Of a DNA stretch of 64,000 nucleotides, positions 41,082 through 55,166 are shown piece after piece. A program made the translations under genes and the position numbers. The notes beneath the pieces are model-generated. The model saw only the letters and a list, made by a program, of their open reading frames with translations. It was not told where the DNA came from and did no database searches. The stretch's first letter is position 1, and each line of letters begins with the position of its first letter. Origin of the DNA: Gnetum montanum (taxonomy: Eukaryota > Plantae > Gnetophyta); assembly GCA_015680685.1 (NCBI GenBank), contig MNCI01001360.1, forward strand, positions 406,716-470,715, written 5' to 3'.

Positions 41082-44000
41082 TATTGGTTGTTGGAATGAA
41101 AACTAAAAATCCCAAGCACCAGAACAGTTTTAACCTTAAATCCCAAGAGCCTCTAGAGATGGAGTTCAAGGTGCCCTAGACAGTCTTGTCGATCACCAAG
41201 GGACTTAAGGAAGTATCAATGGAAATGAAAATGAAAATGAGAAAGTGAAAATGAAAATAGAAAGGGAAATGAAATCATAAATCCAAAATAAAAATCAACA
41301 TAGAAATAAAAAATGTGAACTTAGATCTACACACAATAAACTATAACTTTAAAATGAAAAATAAAGTACAAAGTTTATGAGATATAGATTATGCGTTGAG
41401 AGTACACAGAGTTTCCAAAGAGGAGCTTAAAGGACATTGGAACTTGCAATCTATACTTGAAGCTCCACAGTTCATATGTTTCCCAACTCTCGTTTCTGGC
41501 AACTTCTACTAGTTTTCACCAAGATCTACAATTGTGGCAATGGATTGGTGTTACACCTCTAGTGCAATGGTATTATGTGATAGTCTTTGTGCCTAGTGTA
41601 GATACCAACTTGCTCAAATGTGTTATAAGGTTGTGGAAAGGCTCTCAGCTGCAAAGTGCTCTTAGGCTATGAAAAAGTTATGATGTTGATTTTTCCAAAA
41701 GGTTGTGGAACCGGAATAAGGTATTTATGTGTGATTTATATAGTGTGGAATTGACTATTTTGGGGCTTGCACACCACTATTGTAATTGCTGATAGATTAG
41801 TATCAATTTGCAGGTGTCAACAGTTATTCATTCTCAGTGTAGTTGCCATTTATAGTAATTCTAGAATACTGTAGCCACCAAAATCCATCCATTTACTATA
41901 AATAGTAAACAAAATTTTATGACTATGCTGGCACCATCCTTATTACATTGAATTCCAACTACATTGAAGTTGCTGGAACATGTAGTCAACTCCAATGTTG
42001 GGAAATGCTGCATATTCCATTAGTCCTAAAATGCTACATATTCTATTGTTTTGTTGTTCTAAAAATGTTGCATATTCTATTGTTCCATTCCTTCAAAAAT
42101 GCTAAAAACTTGGGATGACTATGCTATCCATTATTAGGAAAATGGAATGGAAAATCCAAGCAATTTCAACATTGCATCTACATTGGTTTTTAAGTTGACT
42201 ATGCTAGGTTAGAAATGAGAGTGAAAACCCAACACTATCTATGTTGGGATAGATGGTTCTAGTGTAGTTGAGGCGTTATCCCAACAAAAACCCATGAACA
42301 TGCTAATTTTGGCCTTTCCCAATGCATCTTCAATCTTCCCAAGCCCAAATATAAATGTGAGGTAACTTTTTCCATTTGGAAAATGAGGCAATAAAAACTT
42401 CTAAGGCATTTTTAAGCTCCAAAAGCCAAAGTATGCAAGCTTGTAGCTCATGGACTACAAATCTTACATTTACAATAAAATCTTGCTTCAAGTTGGAAAA
42501 TGAAGGTTACAATTTGCAACATGAATTTTTGGTGGTGTTTCGTTAGCTCCTCTTTGTTGATGTTTGGAGGATTAACCCAAGAGACATCGACAAAAAATAA
42601 AAAACACCATTGTAGCTCCATCATCAACGTTCCCTCTCTGTGCTTGATTCAGTAGTGTTGAACCATGTTGAAGAGTGCTTGTGATAATGGGATTAGGTCA
42701 TAATGAGGTAATAGATGGTAAAGGTAGTATTTGACTATAAGGAAATGATCATGAGGGCTAATAATGAATTCCAAATGTTGACATCATGGTTACATTTGTT
42801 GTAATGATATGTTGATCAATAGGTCTTTGGCAATTCATCGTTTGAAATGTTGGTCACTTGGCAATGTGTTTGAAGAACCAACACTTCGCTCCAAGGCTTC
42901 TTTGGCCATTAGGCTCCTCCTTTGCATGTTCAAAGCCATTAGTTTATCCTTTTAGGCTTCATTGGTCATTGAGCTTCTTGGTAATTTGCTTACCCTTCAT
43001 TTTTTTTGGGTGAAACCTTCATTGGGTTTCATTACTATGGCTAGCTTGATATGGCTTTCCCACCAAATGAGATGTGTTACGCTTGATGGACATAGTGGTT
43101 TTTCCATTGAATGAGATGTGTTACATTCAATGGACTTGTAGGTGGAACATGATGAAGGGATATCATATGGTCATAATGCATGAGTGTTGAGTATAGATCA
43201 TCATTGTCACTCAAGGTGAGGAAGATTATAAATGGGCTACAGGGTTGGACTCAAGGAGTGGTAATGGTAATGATGTGGAATAAACACTCTTGGTACAATA
43301 GGACAAGCTCACCAAATTTTGCACATCAAGATCACATGATGACTTGCTACTATAATGAGTTGCACCTACATGATGACTTCAAGCTTCATCCTACCAACAC
43401 AACTTTAAGAGAACAAGAAAATCACACAAAGAAGTCATCTTATTACAATACAATGCATAAGGCCACACTAGACAACTAGTAAACCAAGTCACAATGGGTT
43501 GCCATTTTCATAACATAAAGGGATCTATGCAATGCACATTAGCTTTACAAAGTTTTATAGTTCATTCATTATGCCAAACAAGAAGAGATAGAGAGATCAT
43601 GCAAGCTTGCTTGTTGTAGATCATCAAAGTCACCAACATTGATCATTCATTGTAACTTATCAATAATGATAAACAACACTACAAGAAAACATGTGAGTAT
43701 TAGATATAATTAGGGCTACGTAATGGCTTTAATGTTGCATCGCAAGGGTTTGATGAGGTCATGAGCAAGCTTAAGTTTTGGTGAGGAGCTTGGTTCAATG
43801 TGTTTTATCTTCACCATCCAGATTTAGATGGGAATTTTTGATCAAGGGATTCTCCATGATGTTTCTGGCTTCAAATTCAATGGCCATCAAGCTATTTTAG
43901 GATATTATGGCTATATAATGGAATGGTTTTAGTGCTTAAAGTTTGGATATTTTATCTAACAACATCATGAGAGGGGCCCATCTAGGCTTTAAGGCTAGTC

Positions 44001-47000
44001 TAATTTGCTTTCTCATCCTCTTGGCTCAATCTTGCATGACAACCTATGCACATCAAGTAGCACATGTGTAATAAAATCATTAAATAATGTAAAAATAATC
44101 TAAAATACATTAATAATAATGCATATATGAGTCAAAACACATGAGAGAAAAGGCCAAACACAATTCAATCATGGTTAACAAAGGCTATAAGGGGTAGGTG
44201 AAGACAAACAAGATGGGACAAAAGTTAGACATAGGTCAAGCAAGGCTAAAAAAAGTTTAAGTACCATCAAAGTATGAAAAATAAGATCACATAAGGTCAA
44301 TTGAGATTACACTTTTGCTAGTTTTAGGTCTGTGGACCACGTTTCTAGTTTATGGCCTTGGAAGACTACTAGTTTTAGGCCTTTGTGGGTCATGATCCAT
44401 TTTTACTTAGCAAGTATGGGATGCTCTCAAAAGAGCATACAAGGATAGAATCAACAATGAAACATGATATAATGTTGCAAAGGTGATCCAATGACCATTA
44501 ACCAAACAAGGGACTAGGCATTTACTACAAACTTATTGCTTGATATTCAATAGATCGATGGGCTTTCCTTGTGTGATTTGGTTTTACCATTTTTCTTATT
44601 CAAAATGGCAATTGGTAGGTACTCACATTGATCGTTTAGCATCTTAGAGCTATTTTGCTAGCATTATAGTCATTCTCATTGTTGGTTTTGATCTTAGTAC
44701 TAGCCCTAGCTTGAGTTTTGGATATCTCCTCTTGAAACTCCACCTCCAAACCTCAATCAATGTTGACATAGTTAATTGATGGTAGTGACATGTTATTCCC
44801 ATGCATGAAAATTTCCCCTTCCTTGTATAGGGGATGAAACTACACAAAGCTTAGCTAACCATGATCCCCCTAGGATCAAGTTAAACCCATATGTCTCTTT
44901 AACTACTAGGAAGTTGGCAGATCTGGGAAACTATTTCCTAACTATGAAATTCAAGAAAGAACCTCACACCACTACTTGTGACCCATTGAATGATTTAAGT
45001 GCTAAGGTAGCAGTTTCCTAGATTTTCTTGGTTAAGCCTAGCTTGTTAACAATGGAAAATGGTATCACGTTAGTTGTTACTACATAATCCACATGAACAT
45101 GGTGAACCTTATATCTACCAACAAGGAGGTGGTACCCATATGATGAATGGCTCTCTAGAATTTTTGTTTTGGGGCTATGGTGGTACTCTAATGACAAATG
45201 ATTCTCTAGGAGGATTAGACTATTTGGTTTCTATGAATGAGGCTATAGTATTGGAGTTGTTGTTGGTTCTTAGAGAGTTGGGCTCATTCAATACCAACTC
45301 TCCATAGTCTATCATCCTTTGGAGGTCATCCTTTAATGAGAGGAAAAAATAAGTGTCAACTAGCCATTTGATGATAATTACTATACATATCCAATCTAAA
45401 GTACTTTGGTATCTTTGGATCATCTTTGTTAGCTATCTTTGGGTCTCTAGTTAGGTCACAAAGACAATCATGCCTCTTACAAGTCTCTTCAGATAGTTTC
45501 TTATGTTGTATATAGTTGTATTTAAGCAACTATTCTATAAGCTTAGAGGACTTCATAGGCAACCTTATGCACTTAGACATATCCTTACGTCCAAAGTTTG
45601 GTCTTGGTTGATTTGGAGCATAGGAAGTGGATGGTTGTGATGTGTTAGGGGATGCGTTGCATGGTGGTGATCCTAGTCTCTCTCCTTGTTTCAGCTCTTT
45701 TGTTACTACAACAAAAATTATGTGTTCTTGCCTAGTTTTATCCCTATTCCTCATGTGTTGGTTTTTATATGCCATACAAACTGGATCATTACTTGCCTTA
45801 GTTGCCTCCTCAATATTCTTAGTTTGTGAGAAGGCTTGGCTTATTGACCAAGGCTCTAGGTAGTAAAGCTTTGACTTGATAAGTCATTTACTGCTCCCTT
45901 GTAGATGGCTAAGAGGTGAGTTTTAACAATAGGCTCTAGAATCTCATTAATTTTTGAGCTCCATCTTTGAATGAACCTTTTGATTGGTTTAGGTGGCCCC
46001 TACTTAAACTTCATTAGTTGATCCAATGTGGCATCTGGCTTCTAGTTATATTTGAAGCGGTTGAAAAATTGGTCTATTAAGTTTTTAAGGGAAGAGATGA
46101 AACCCCTAGACAAGATTTGATACCATTCTAGAGCTTTATCCTTGAGGAACATTGGAAAAATCCTCAGTATCATATGTGACTAAGCTTGTAAAAAGAGGCA
46201 CTTAGATCGAAAGATGACCAAGTGTGCATTGGGATCCCCTTCACCATTGTATTTGATGAAGTTTGGTATAGGCACCTGCAGACAAGGTCATTTGATGCAC
46301 AGTAGGGCTTATAGGATCATCTTGATAGAAGTCCATAACCTTGACCATTTGAGTTGTATTCGCCTTGAGTTTTCATAGATCTTTTGTAAGGTCTTGGATC
46401 ATTTGGAAGGCTTGATCCAAGCCTTGTAATGTCCTTGTGGCTGTAGTGCTTGTGTTGATGGTTGAGAAGGGAATTGAGATGCTTGTAGCCTCATGATGGA
46501 TTGTGGTATAAAAGGGAGTGGTTGGTTCATCATGGTTGTAGGGGGATTGAACAATGAGAAGGAGGTAGAAGTAGACACTTGGGGAACAAAGGGTGATCCT
46601 TGGGTTATTTGGGATCCCATGGTGGGGCCCGTTGTCATGGAGAAGGGGTGAGTGGTGGTGAAAACCACCTATGATGGCTATGCAAACTGAGGATATGTGG
46701 CAAATAACATAGATGAAATAAGGGAGGCTATTTGTGATGTAGGTTGTACCTAGTGTGTGGCTATAATCGGTGTAGTTCCAAACATTGTAGGATACATAGG
46801 AGATTATGATTGAGACACCTAATCTATAGAAGTAACCAAAGGGGTTGAAGTAGGCATAGTAACATGGGGGGCTATCATTTGGAATAGATCCCTGATGAAG
46901 TTATCAGGTTTAGGCTCAGCCTCAAACTCATCAATTTCTTCATGTTGGCTCACTTTACTAAGCTTCTTGCTTTGCTTATCCATCTCAATAACATGAGATA

Positions 47001-49289
47001 AAATATGGGCATGGGTATAATTCAAAGGTATTTTGTTGTATGGGGAAGGAATATACTCCTTTCTGTCAGGGTGGATAAGCTCTTGCTCACATTTGGCTTT
47101 AGCTTTCTCACATGGAATGAGTAGGCTTGCTTGAATTTTTGCACAAATTAAATTATAATGCTCTTCATTTATGATGGAAAAACCTAGGTTTTGACCCCTT
47201 AGCCTAAGGGATTATCTACATTCAACCACAGCAAGGTCTTTGGGGTCATAGACCCTCATAGCATCTTAGTTTGATGCCATTTCGATCATGTCAATGGGAA
47301 GAATTGTTAACTTATTGAAAGACATTGTCAAAAGGTGGTTTTAAACCCTTTTTACAATTTTTAGTAAAAAATGGTATAAGTGGGATTTACCATTAGTGTA
47401 GTTAACTATAAATAGAAAGGTAATGGGAAATTACTACTGCAGTAGATGATCATGTACTACACAGTAAATAGGGAAGTTACCAACCACCTATGCTAAGTGG
47501 TGAAAATAGAAAAAAGAGGGGTTTCCAGTAATGGGATTTGGTTTTACTAAGGGAAATGAGTTTTCCCAAAAAAATTGGATTTTCCCAATGGATTTTAGAG
47601 GTCAACTACATTGATCCCAAGGAAACTAGCAACTCTTGTGAAATTACAGCAAAAATGTAGCTCTTTTACCACTACTACATTGAGGTATGTGGGAAAGGGT
47701 TTAGGCAACAAATAATGGTTTTAACAAAATAATGGAAATGTAGCAGACTTGTTATCAGAAAAAAAGATAGAGCAGGTTTATGGCCAAGAATTTAGGTAGA
47801 GGTTCTCCTTCTAGGGTCCAAAAACTATTGGACTTGGAAATTTTGGATCCTGGAATGAAAACAAAAATTCCCAAGCACCAGAATAGTTTTAACCTCAAAT
47901 TCCAAAGACCTCCAAAAATGGGATTCAAGGTGTCCTAGATGGTTTCGTTGATCACCCAGGGACTTAAGGAAGTGTCAATAGAAATGAAAATGAAAACTAG
48001 AAGGAGAAAATGAAAATGGAAATGGAAATGAAATTGTAGATCTAGAATAAAATTCAACATAGAAATAAAAAATGTGAACTCAAATTTGCACACAATAAAC
48101 TACAACTTTATTAAAATGGAAAATAAAGTACAAAGCTTAAGAGGTACAGATTATGCGTTGGGAGTGCATGGAGTTGCTGAAGAGGAGCTTGAAGTCTATT
48201 GAAACTTGAAATGTGCACTTGAAGTTCCATGATCTAGATGTTTTCCAACTTCCATTTCTAGCAACTTCTACTAGTTTTAACCATGATCTACAAGTGTGGC
48301 CACAAATTGGTGTTACACCTTTAGTGTAATGGTATCACGTGAGAGTCTTTGTACCCAATGTAAACACCAACTTGCTCAACGATGTTGCAAGGTTGTGGAA
48401 GGACTCTTAGCTACAAAGTGCTCTTAGGCTATGGAAAAGTTATGATTTTAATTTTGCCAAAAGGTTATGGAACTAGAATAGGGTATTTACGTGTGGTTTA
48501 TATAGGGTAGAATTGGCTATTTTGGGGCCTACACACCATAGTTTTGATTACTGATAGATTGGTGTTAGTTTGCAAGTGTCAACAATCATCCATTCTTAGT
48601 GTAGTTGTTATTTATAGTAATTCCAAAATACAGTAGCCATGAAAATCCATCTGTTTACTATAAATAGTAAACAAATTTTCATGACTAGCACCAACCCTAA
48701 TATGTTGAATCCCAACTACGTTGAAGTTGGAATATGTCATCAACTCCAACGTTGGGAAATGCTACATATTTCATTATTCCAAAAATGCTACCTATTTATT
48801 TTTTCAAAAATGTTGCATATTCTATTGTTTTGTTGCTCAAAAAATGCTAAAAACTTGGGGTGACTATGCTAGTTATTGTTGGAAAAATGAAATGAAAAAA
48901 TCCCAACAATTCCAACGTTGCATCTACGCTAGTTTTTGAGGTGACTATGCTTGTTTGGAAATGAGAGTGAAAACCCAACATCATCTACACTAGGGGTAGA
49001 TGATTCCAGCATAGTTGAGGCCTTATCCCAACAAAAACCCATAGACATGCCAATTTTGGCCTTTCCAAAGGCATTTTCATCCTTTTCAATCCCAAATATA
49101 GATGTGAGATAACTTTTTATACTTGGGAAGTGGGACAATAATAACTTCTGAGGCACTTTTTAGCTCCAAAAGCCAAAGTATACAAAATTATAGCTCATGG
49201 ATTACAAATCTTACATTTATAATAAGATCTTACCTCAAGTTGGGAAATGAAGGTTACAATTTGCAACACGAATTTTTATTGGTGTTTCA
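41082..49289 (-). mobile_element. Complete non-autonomous Tat-clade LTR retrotransposon (gag-protease only)
   Basis: LTRs 41082-42542 and 47826-49289 (~1.46 kb each). TSD AATAC at 41077-41081 and 49290-49294. Decayed tRNA-Asn PBS at 47805-47820. PPT next to 42543. gag-PR remnant ~44650-47280. Confidence 0.92.
44650..47280 (-). pseudogene. Tat gag-protease remnant
   Basis: FIKYNGEGDPNAHLVIF, KDKALEWYQ, LKDDLQRMIDYGELVL and LKSFNGSQ are colinear with the gag-PR at 55167-58909. Confidence 0.85.
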
Positions 49290-50185
49290 AATACTAAATC
49301 TAGATATTACGAAAAGATAATTAGTTTGGTAGAAAATAAGAAAGCTAGCTATCTTCAATTATTTGAAGAGAAGGTTGCAATAGGGTTTCCAAACCCATAA
49401 AACATTCAAAATCTCTCAAAGCACTCAAACGATGTTGTAGAGGATGAGGCTCTATAATGATACAATGCTTGTTCTCAATGCAAGACATAACCAATAGAGA
49501 ATCTCTTCCACAACCCAAAACTAAGATCTCAACTCACAAGTACATGAGAGACAAGAACACATAGTCCAACACACAACATAATTGACCTTGGAGATGCAAT
49601 CATATTTTTACTCACTCCATGTATTCTATCACACTCTCATTAAGTTCTACTCAACTCAAGAACTCTCATCAAGACTTCTCTCATGATATCTCATGACCTC
49701 TCTCCATATATCTCTCATACAAGTACAAAACACCAACATACTTATTAAGAAAATAAGGAAACTAATGAGAACCATATGAAACGAGCTTAGCACGCGCGAT
49801 CTAGTCAAACTCTATAATTAATGTAATATTAATAAACATGGCTTTAGAATTGCCCTCTCTCTTTGTAAAATTGTTTCTCAGGACAATGCATAGGAACAAA
49901 AATGTTTGACAATATACACCGTTATGTCTTGCTTTGACCACCTCAAAACCCTCTGCATTTACAATCAAAAGAACTTGTAGCCTGCTGAATTTAAATTGAC
50001 CCAACAAAAAATCAGAAATCCCAGGGCAAGATCCATGCCAGCCTGCTGTACCAATGCTTCGATAATATTCCTAGGCCAAAAACAGATGAGCAACAAACGT
50101 GAATGTCTCAATGTTAATACTGAATCCCGGGCATTTCAGATCACAGCAGAAAACTACGCCCTGCATAAGGCAAAGATTCTGATCA

Positions 50186-50265
50186 AACTTTGACGAAGCC
50201 AAAAATTCTGAAGCCAGAAATTCTGTTCCAACTTTGACGAAGTCAAAAATTCTGAAGCCAGAAAA
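50186..50265 (+). repeat. Tandem duplication of a ~35 bp TGACG-containing unit in a putative promoter
   Basis: AACTTTGACGAAG(C/T)CAAAAATTCTGAAGCCAGAAA occurs twice. Confidence 0.8.
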
Positions 50266-50869
50266 TTTCTTGAGAACGAAGTATGCTGGCATGATTTGAA
50301 ACAGTGGATCAGTTTTTGCAATTTGAATTCTAGGGGTCTTTGAGAAATCCTTGCCTAGCTGGATCATGACAGGCCATTTAGATCCAGCTGAAAACCCACA
50401 AGGCCTCCATGCTGTGTGCGGCCTTGAACAGCAGCAGCCCATAAAAGAGATGCTGAGGTTTCTTACCTCGCTCTGTAACAGCAGCAACAAGGAAAGCACT
50501 TGGATTTTCTTTTGCTCCTCTTGTTGCAGAAGCTCTTTCCAAGTCATCAGAATCTCTATTGCTCTCTCCGGGCTGCTTCTTTTCTCTGTAAAGCATTCTT
50601 TGGGCAGTAAGCCTTCTTCTTCCCCTGCAAAAGGTATGCAGAATCAGCCAAACTTCATCATGGTTGTGTTTCATATCTTGGAAGACCATTTGCCATAGAA
50701 TTTGGTTTTGGGGTTTTCTATATCAGCTCACTTTTCCTTTATTTGGGGGAATCAATTGCCAAAGTTTTTGTTTGTGGCCACTGTCTGTTTCATTAGGAGG
50801 TCAATCATTTCCCACCATTTGTGTTTGAGGGTATTGTCTGTTTGTTCAGGTCTAGTTTAGGAACTAATC

Positions 50870-52259
50870 ATGTATCTCAGAGTGTCTAGGAGGTATGTCA
50901 GGGAACGTTATTTCATACTAAATCCGAATTTGACTTAGGGACAGTGCAGTTATTGAAAAATCGGACGCAATTATAGGATGTTATTTTTAGTGGCATGTAT
51001 GCATTGTAATTTTCTTTCAGTATAGTTCTTTATGGATTGGCTATTGCTGATGCCTGACCTACAAAATGCTGTTTTTTTTGGGCATCTGGGTGTAGGATCT
51101 CTGTGAATAAATTGTATCGTTATTTTAAATTAACTTTTTCCCTATATGAATCAGGGCTTTGAAGTATTGGTCCAAACGGGTACGGAGGATAGCCGGAGGA
51201 AGAATCATGAGGTGCTTCAGTTGTTATAAAGTAGATGATATGGAAAGGGTTCATCTTTCTAATTAAAGTAGATGATATGGAAAGGGTTCATCTTTCTAAT
51301 TCATTGGTGGCAGATGATAATCCTTCAGGTGCACTGAATTTTGACTTTCTTGTTATCCTACCATTATTTCTAACAGCAACTTCATAGACAAAAAATGTCT
51401 AGTATTGCAAATCTTTTAAAAGTTAAACATTGAAATGTTTGTCAGTTAAGGCACTTGCTATATGTGTATGTAACAAATCTTTGATCAGCTCGCGGTAGAA
51501 AAATTTATTAAATTCCTGTAAATGTCCTATTGAATTTGTTAGCCAAGTTCTCTTCATCACCCGTAGAAAAATTTATTTATTCTTTACCATAAACAAAAAT
51601 TCGGAAATCTGTGCCTAATGTATTTAGGTGCTTTCTTTGTAATTTCCTGGTGGCAAAGGGGAGTTTTTTGTGGATCCTAAAATAGACATGAAAAAATGGA
51701 TTGAACCATTCAAGAACATAAACTTTTGATGACTGAGGAACGAACTGGGAGATCTTCAGTTTTAAAAACTTGAACCTGATTTCTTTTCCTGAAATTCTAA
51801 TAAAACTAGCAGTTAATTGTCTTTCATGTATTTGAAATCTAATGCACCGTTAGACATATTGTTACCACATATATCCAAATTAGTGAAATAATCTTAAAAT
51901 TTCTAAAAAGATAATACACCAACGTGTTCCTGATCCAACTTGTCTAGAAATTACTTCCAGGCCCTGACATTTAATTGCTTGACAAATATGGAATCACCTG
52001 AATGTTACAAAATTTTGCATCTATATGAAAACCTAAATTTATACTCTGTATCCATAAAGTACACGTTATGGATTTAAGGAAGAAAACTTCAATAGATATG
52101 TTATTTATATATTGTGTCATTCAGTTTTCATTCTATGTGTTTCCATCATCAAGCAGCATATGTATTTAGACATTTTTAAGAAACGTAGTGAGAGTAATCT
52201 TATTCTTTGCATTATATTGCAGGCATTGTTCTCTGCAATATTCAGGGAAACCAATATCA
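50870..52259 (+). CDS. Putative first coding exons of a host gene (transit-peptide-like N-terminus); continues beyond the window
   Basis: Phase-compatible AG/GT exons 50870-50892, 51155-51211 and 52223-52259 give MYLRVSRRALKYWSKRVRRIAGGRIMRHCSLQYSGKPIS. A CT-rich UTR exon ends at donor 50633|GTATGC. No homology recognised. Confidence 0.35.
51228..51301 (+). repeat. Perfect 37-bp tandem duplication
   Basis: AAAGTAGATGATATGGAAAGGGTTCATCTTTCTAATT occurs twice. Confidence 0.9.
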
Positions 52260-52471
52260 GTTAGTAGCTATAATGCTACGTCAGTTTAAAGTTTATAACT
52301 TTGTATAAATGAGATAAGAAATGCAGCTAAAATTCTAACACTAGTCTTGCTACCAGATTTAATCATGAAATACTTTCTGATTTTGAAAATAGTTTATCAA
52401 TAAGGTAATATTGAGTTCTAAGGTAACTATGTGTTTTATGATGGAATATTATGTTTGCAAAATGACATTGT

Positions 52472-54166
52472 TGAAACACCCCAAAAATCGCGGGGTCCTT
52501 CAGGCCTGCCAAACTCTTGCAGCATGGGCCGCACTAAGGCAGTTCTTCGGGAGAAGAACGTTATGAGTCAGGGCAGCCAGTTCGGCAAGTTTTCTACTTT
52601 GAGCATGGACAGGTTCTGTATCATCCTACCTGTCCATCAAAGTAATTTGAATAGCTGGTAGCCTGCTCAGAAGCAGTGTGCGGAATCGGCGACGGCATCC
52701 TGGATGCACAAAAAATAGTTCGGCAAGTTTTCTAAGTCACGAAGCCTGCTACGCTATGCGACGCTACGTAGCGTAGCAAGCTTCAGAAAACAACAGCAGA
52801 ACGCAGTGCTACACTACGCAATGTCACAAAAAAAACGTGGCATAACTTCACTACCCACTCTTCTCGCCAAACCTCGAGTTCTGCAGTAATGTCCCTTGTC
52901 CGCTGCTATGCTACGTTGAACTACATGGCGCAGCAAGGCGTAGCAATCCTACGGAAGAGACAGGAGGCAGTACGCAGAACCAACAAAGTTTGCAAAGCTG
53001 GCATCATGAGAGAACGGTTTGCAAGTCAACAAAACTTTCGCAACCGAAGCAGGTCGCTACGCTACGTAGCGTAGCATAGCGTAACAAACATACAATGCAT
53101 GAGGCAAGGTGCTACGCTACGCCAAGCAAACAACGCACAGTGAGGCTTGCAGGTGGTTGTGTGACATCAATGCACTCCACCTAATCGAACCGTTGGCACA
53201 CGTCTCCAGATGCTAACGGTGCAATTACGGCATGATAGGATCACAGTTATTGCATGACAGGTTCACAATGCAATGGTCTTGTGAGCCCAACGGTCATAGG
53301 GGGCTCAAGTGGCGCTGGTAGGGCAACGTAAGCTAGCGGCACTTAGCGTTCGAGAAAACCACCCCTCTTGGCTCATCTCCAACCCTATAAATATTCTGCG
53401 GGTCCGAAAAAATTTTAAAAAAGAAGCATTTGCAATCTAAAAGAAAGGCCGATAATTCTCTGAACTCGACAGCCTCAAAAGAGTTCGATTTTTCTCTGAG
53501 AGTGAATAGCTTCCAAGTGGTGGGGATTTTGGAGTTCAGAAACAAAGACTTCCCCTCACCTCAGTATTGTAATGAAAAAGGGTTGCCTGTTTAACATCTT
53601 GTCTGGCGCAAGATCCCTGCCTTAGCTCCACCATCTTGGTAGAGCCCTGTGTCGTTTATACACAAAGCCCGCATCCAAATACATAGCTCTTCCCACCCTT
53701 CCCGACGTGCTTTGGTTACTTTCGAGATTTCTGCACTCCGTCACGCTGTGCAACCGATTGTATCCATCCTGACTGGACGAATTTGTAATTTTGGAGTGGT
53801 NAGGATGGATACAATCGGTTGCACAGCGTGACGGAGTGCAGAAATNTTATCTTTAAGCATTATTTTGTATATTGTCAAATTTCAGTTTATACGCCTTTAA
53901 GCATTATTTTGTATCATTATTGCATCCTCGCTTTGCAATTTCTGCCTTATTTCAACTATCTGTAAGCATCATCTCGCATTTCGCACTATTTTATGTTGCA
54001 AAAGGCTATATTGACGCTGATGTAAGTCCCTGTCTGATCGACCAAACCGTTCAGGCACCCCGTGTCCGCACACACCCAGCACTGCCCTCCCGCGGATACG
54101 GGGTTGGAACTATCGCGTCCGTCGACCCTGGCGTTCTTCCAGCCGTCGATGTTTTCAGTCGCTACA
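52472..54166 (+). repeat. 5' LTR of the young Tat element
   Basis: TG...CA ends, TATA (CCTATAAATA, ~53384), GCTAC/GTAGC palindromic arrays in U3, and a PBS immediately after. Confidence 0.8.
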
Positions 54167-54172
54167 GTTTTC

Positions 54173-54189
54173 TGGCGCTAGAAGGAGGG
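54173..54189 (+). promoter_or_regulatory. Primer-binding site complementary to tRNA-Asn
   Basis: TGGCGCTAGAAGGAGGG is the reverse complement of the plant tRNA-Asn 3' end CCCTCCTTCTAGCG-CCA. Confidence 0.85.
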
Positions 54190-54289
54190 CCTTCTGGTGC
54201 CCTTTGCCGCGTGTCACGGTAAGTTCTGTAAGCCTTATGTACCTTGATACATGCGAGCGTAAACGCGACACCCTCCTACAGTTATTTGC

Positions 54290-55100
54290 GCTCTGTGTGG
54301 TGTAGACCGGTCGCCCCGACGGTTCTCTCGGAACCCTACAGAACACAAGGCCTCTAGCTGCCGGTTAACTAGCTCATTCTACGGTTGTCTCGTTTGCGCT
54401 CCGTACCTCACCCCATGTGGTATCGACCGGTCACCTTGACGGTTCCTCTGGAACCTTGCGAGACATAAAGCTTGTTTGATTGCTAGTTAGCTTGCCCACC
54501 CTATGGTTGTCTCGCTTGCGTTCCGTACTCCACCTCATGTGGTACGGACCGGTCTCCTCGACAGTCCTTCCGGGATCCTATCAGACATAAAACCTATTCG
54601 ATTGCTAGTTAATTCACTCGTCTCACGGAAGTTTCGTAAGCCTTCCACACCCTGACTTGCATTAGTGTAGACTTGACACCCATCTGTGGTTGTTTACGTG
54701 TTGAGTGGTGTAGATCGATCGCCCCGATGGTCCCTCCGGGATCCTACGAGACAGTAAGCCCTCTGACGGCAATTTAACTTGCCTTCACTCTTTACAGTAA
54801 TCCTGCATGCGTTCTGCACCCTAGTTGGCACAGGCGAAAACGTGACACCCTTCGAGGTTGTTTCCGCCTTGTGTGGTGCAGGACGGTCGCCACGATGGTC
54901 CCGCTGGGATCCTGCGGGAAACTAAGCCTACTTAATCACTTGCCAGCTGAACTTGCTTGGTGGTAGCCTTGCACGTGCTCTGTATCTCACCGTGCACAGG
55001 CATAAATGCGACACCTTTCATGATTGTTTACGCCTTGTGTGGTACGGATCGGTCGCCTCGACAATTCCTTTGGAATTCGGAAAGACACAAAGCCACCTAT
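54290..55100 (+). repeat. Six-unit tandem array in the retrotransposon 5' UTR
   Basis: Core GTGGTnnnGAyCGrTCnCCnyGAy...GGAnCC at ~54296, 54417, 54539, 54705, 54872 and 55038 (periods ~121, 122, 166, 167, 166). Confidence 0.85.
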
Positions 55101-55166
55101 TGTTGCCTTTTTCAAATCTTCTGCTCTCTTGCATTTTTGCATTTTTGCATAATCACTTACTCAACA

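Noticed and set aside
50071-50698. Overlapping 103-158 aa ORFs
   Set aside because: No recognisable domains; the region looks like promoter and 5' UTR.
53727-53846. Perfect 44-bp inverted repeat in the LTR
   Set aside because: The second arm is bounded by N at 53801 and 53846, which indicates a scaffolding artefact rather than a real hairpin.
54290-55100. CRISPR-like repeat/spacer appearance
   Set aside because: Eukaryotic retroelement leader; the units are diverged, the spacers are homologous to each other, and there are no cas genes.
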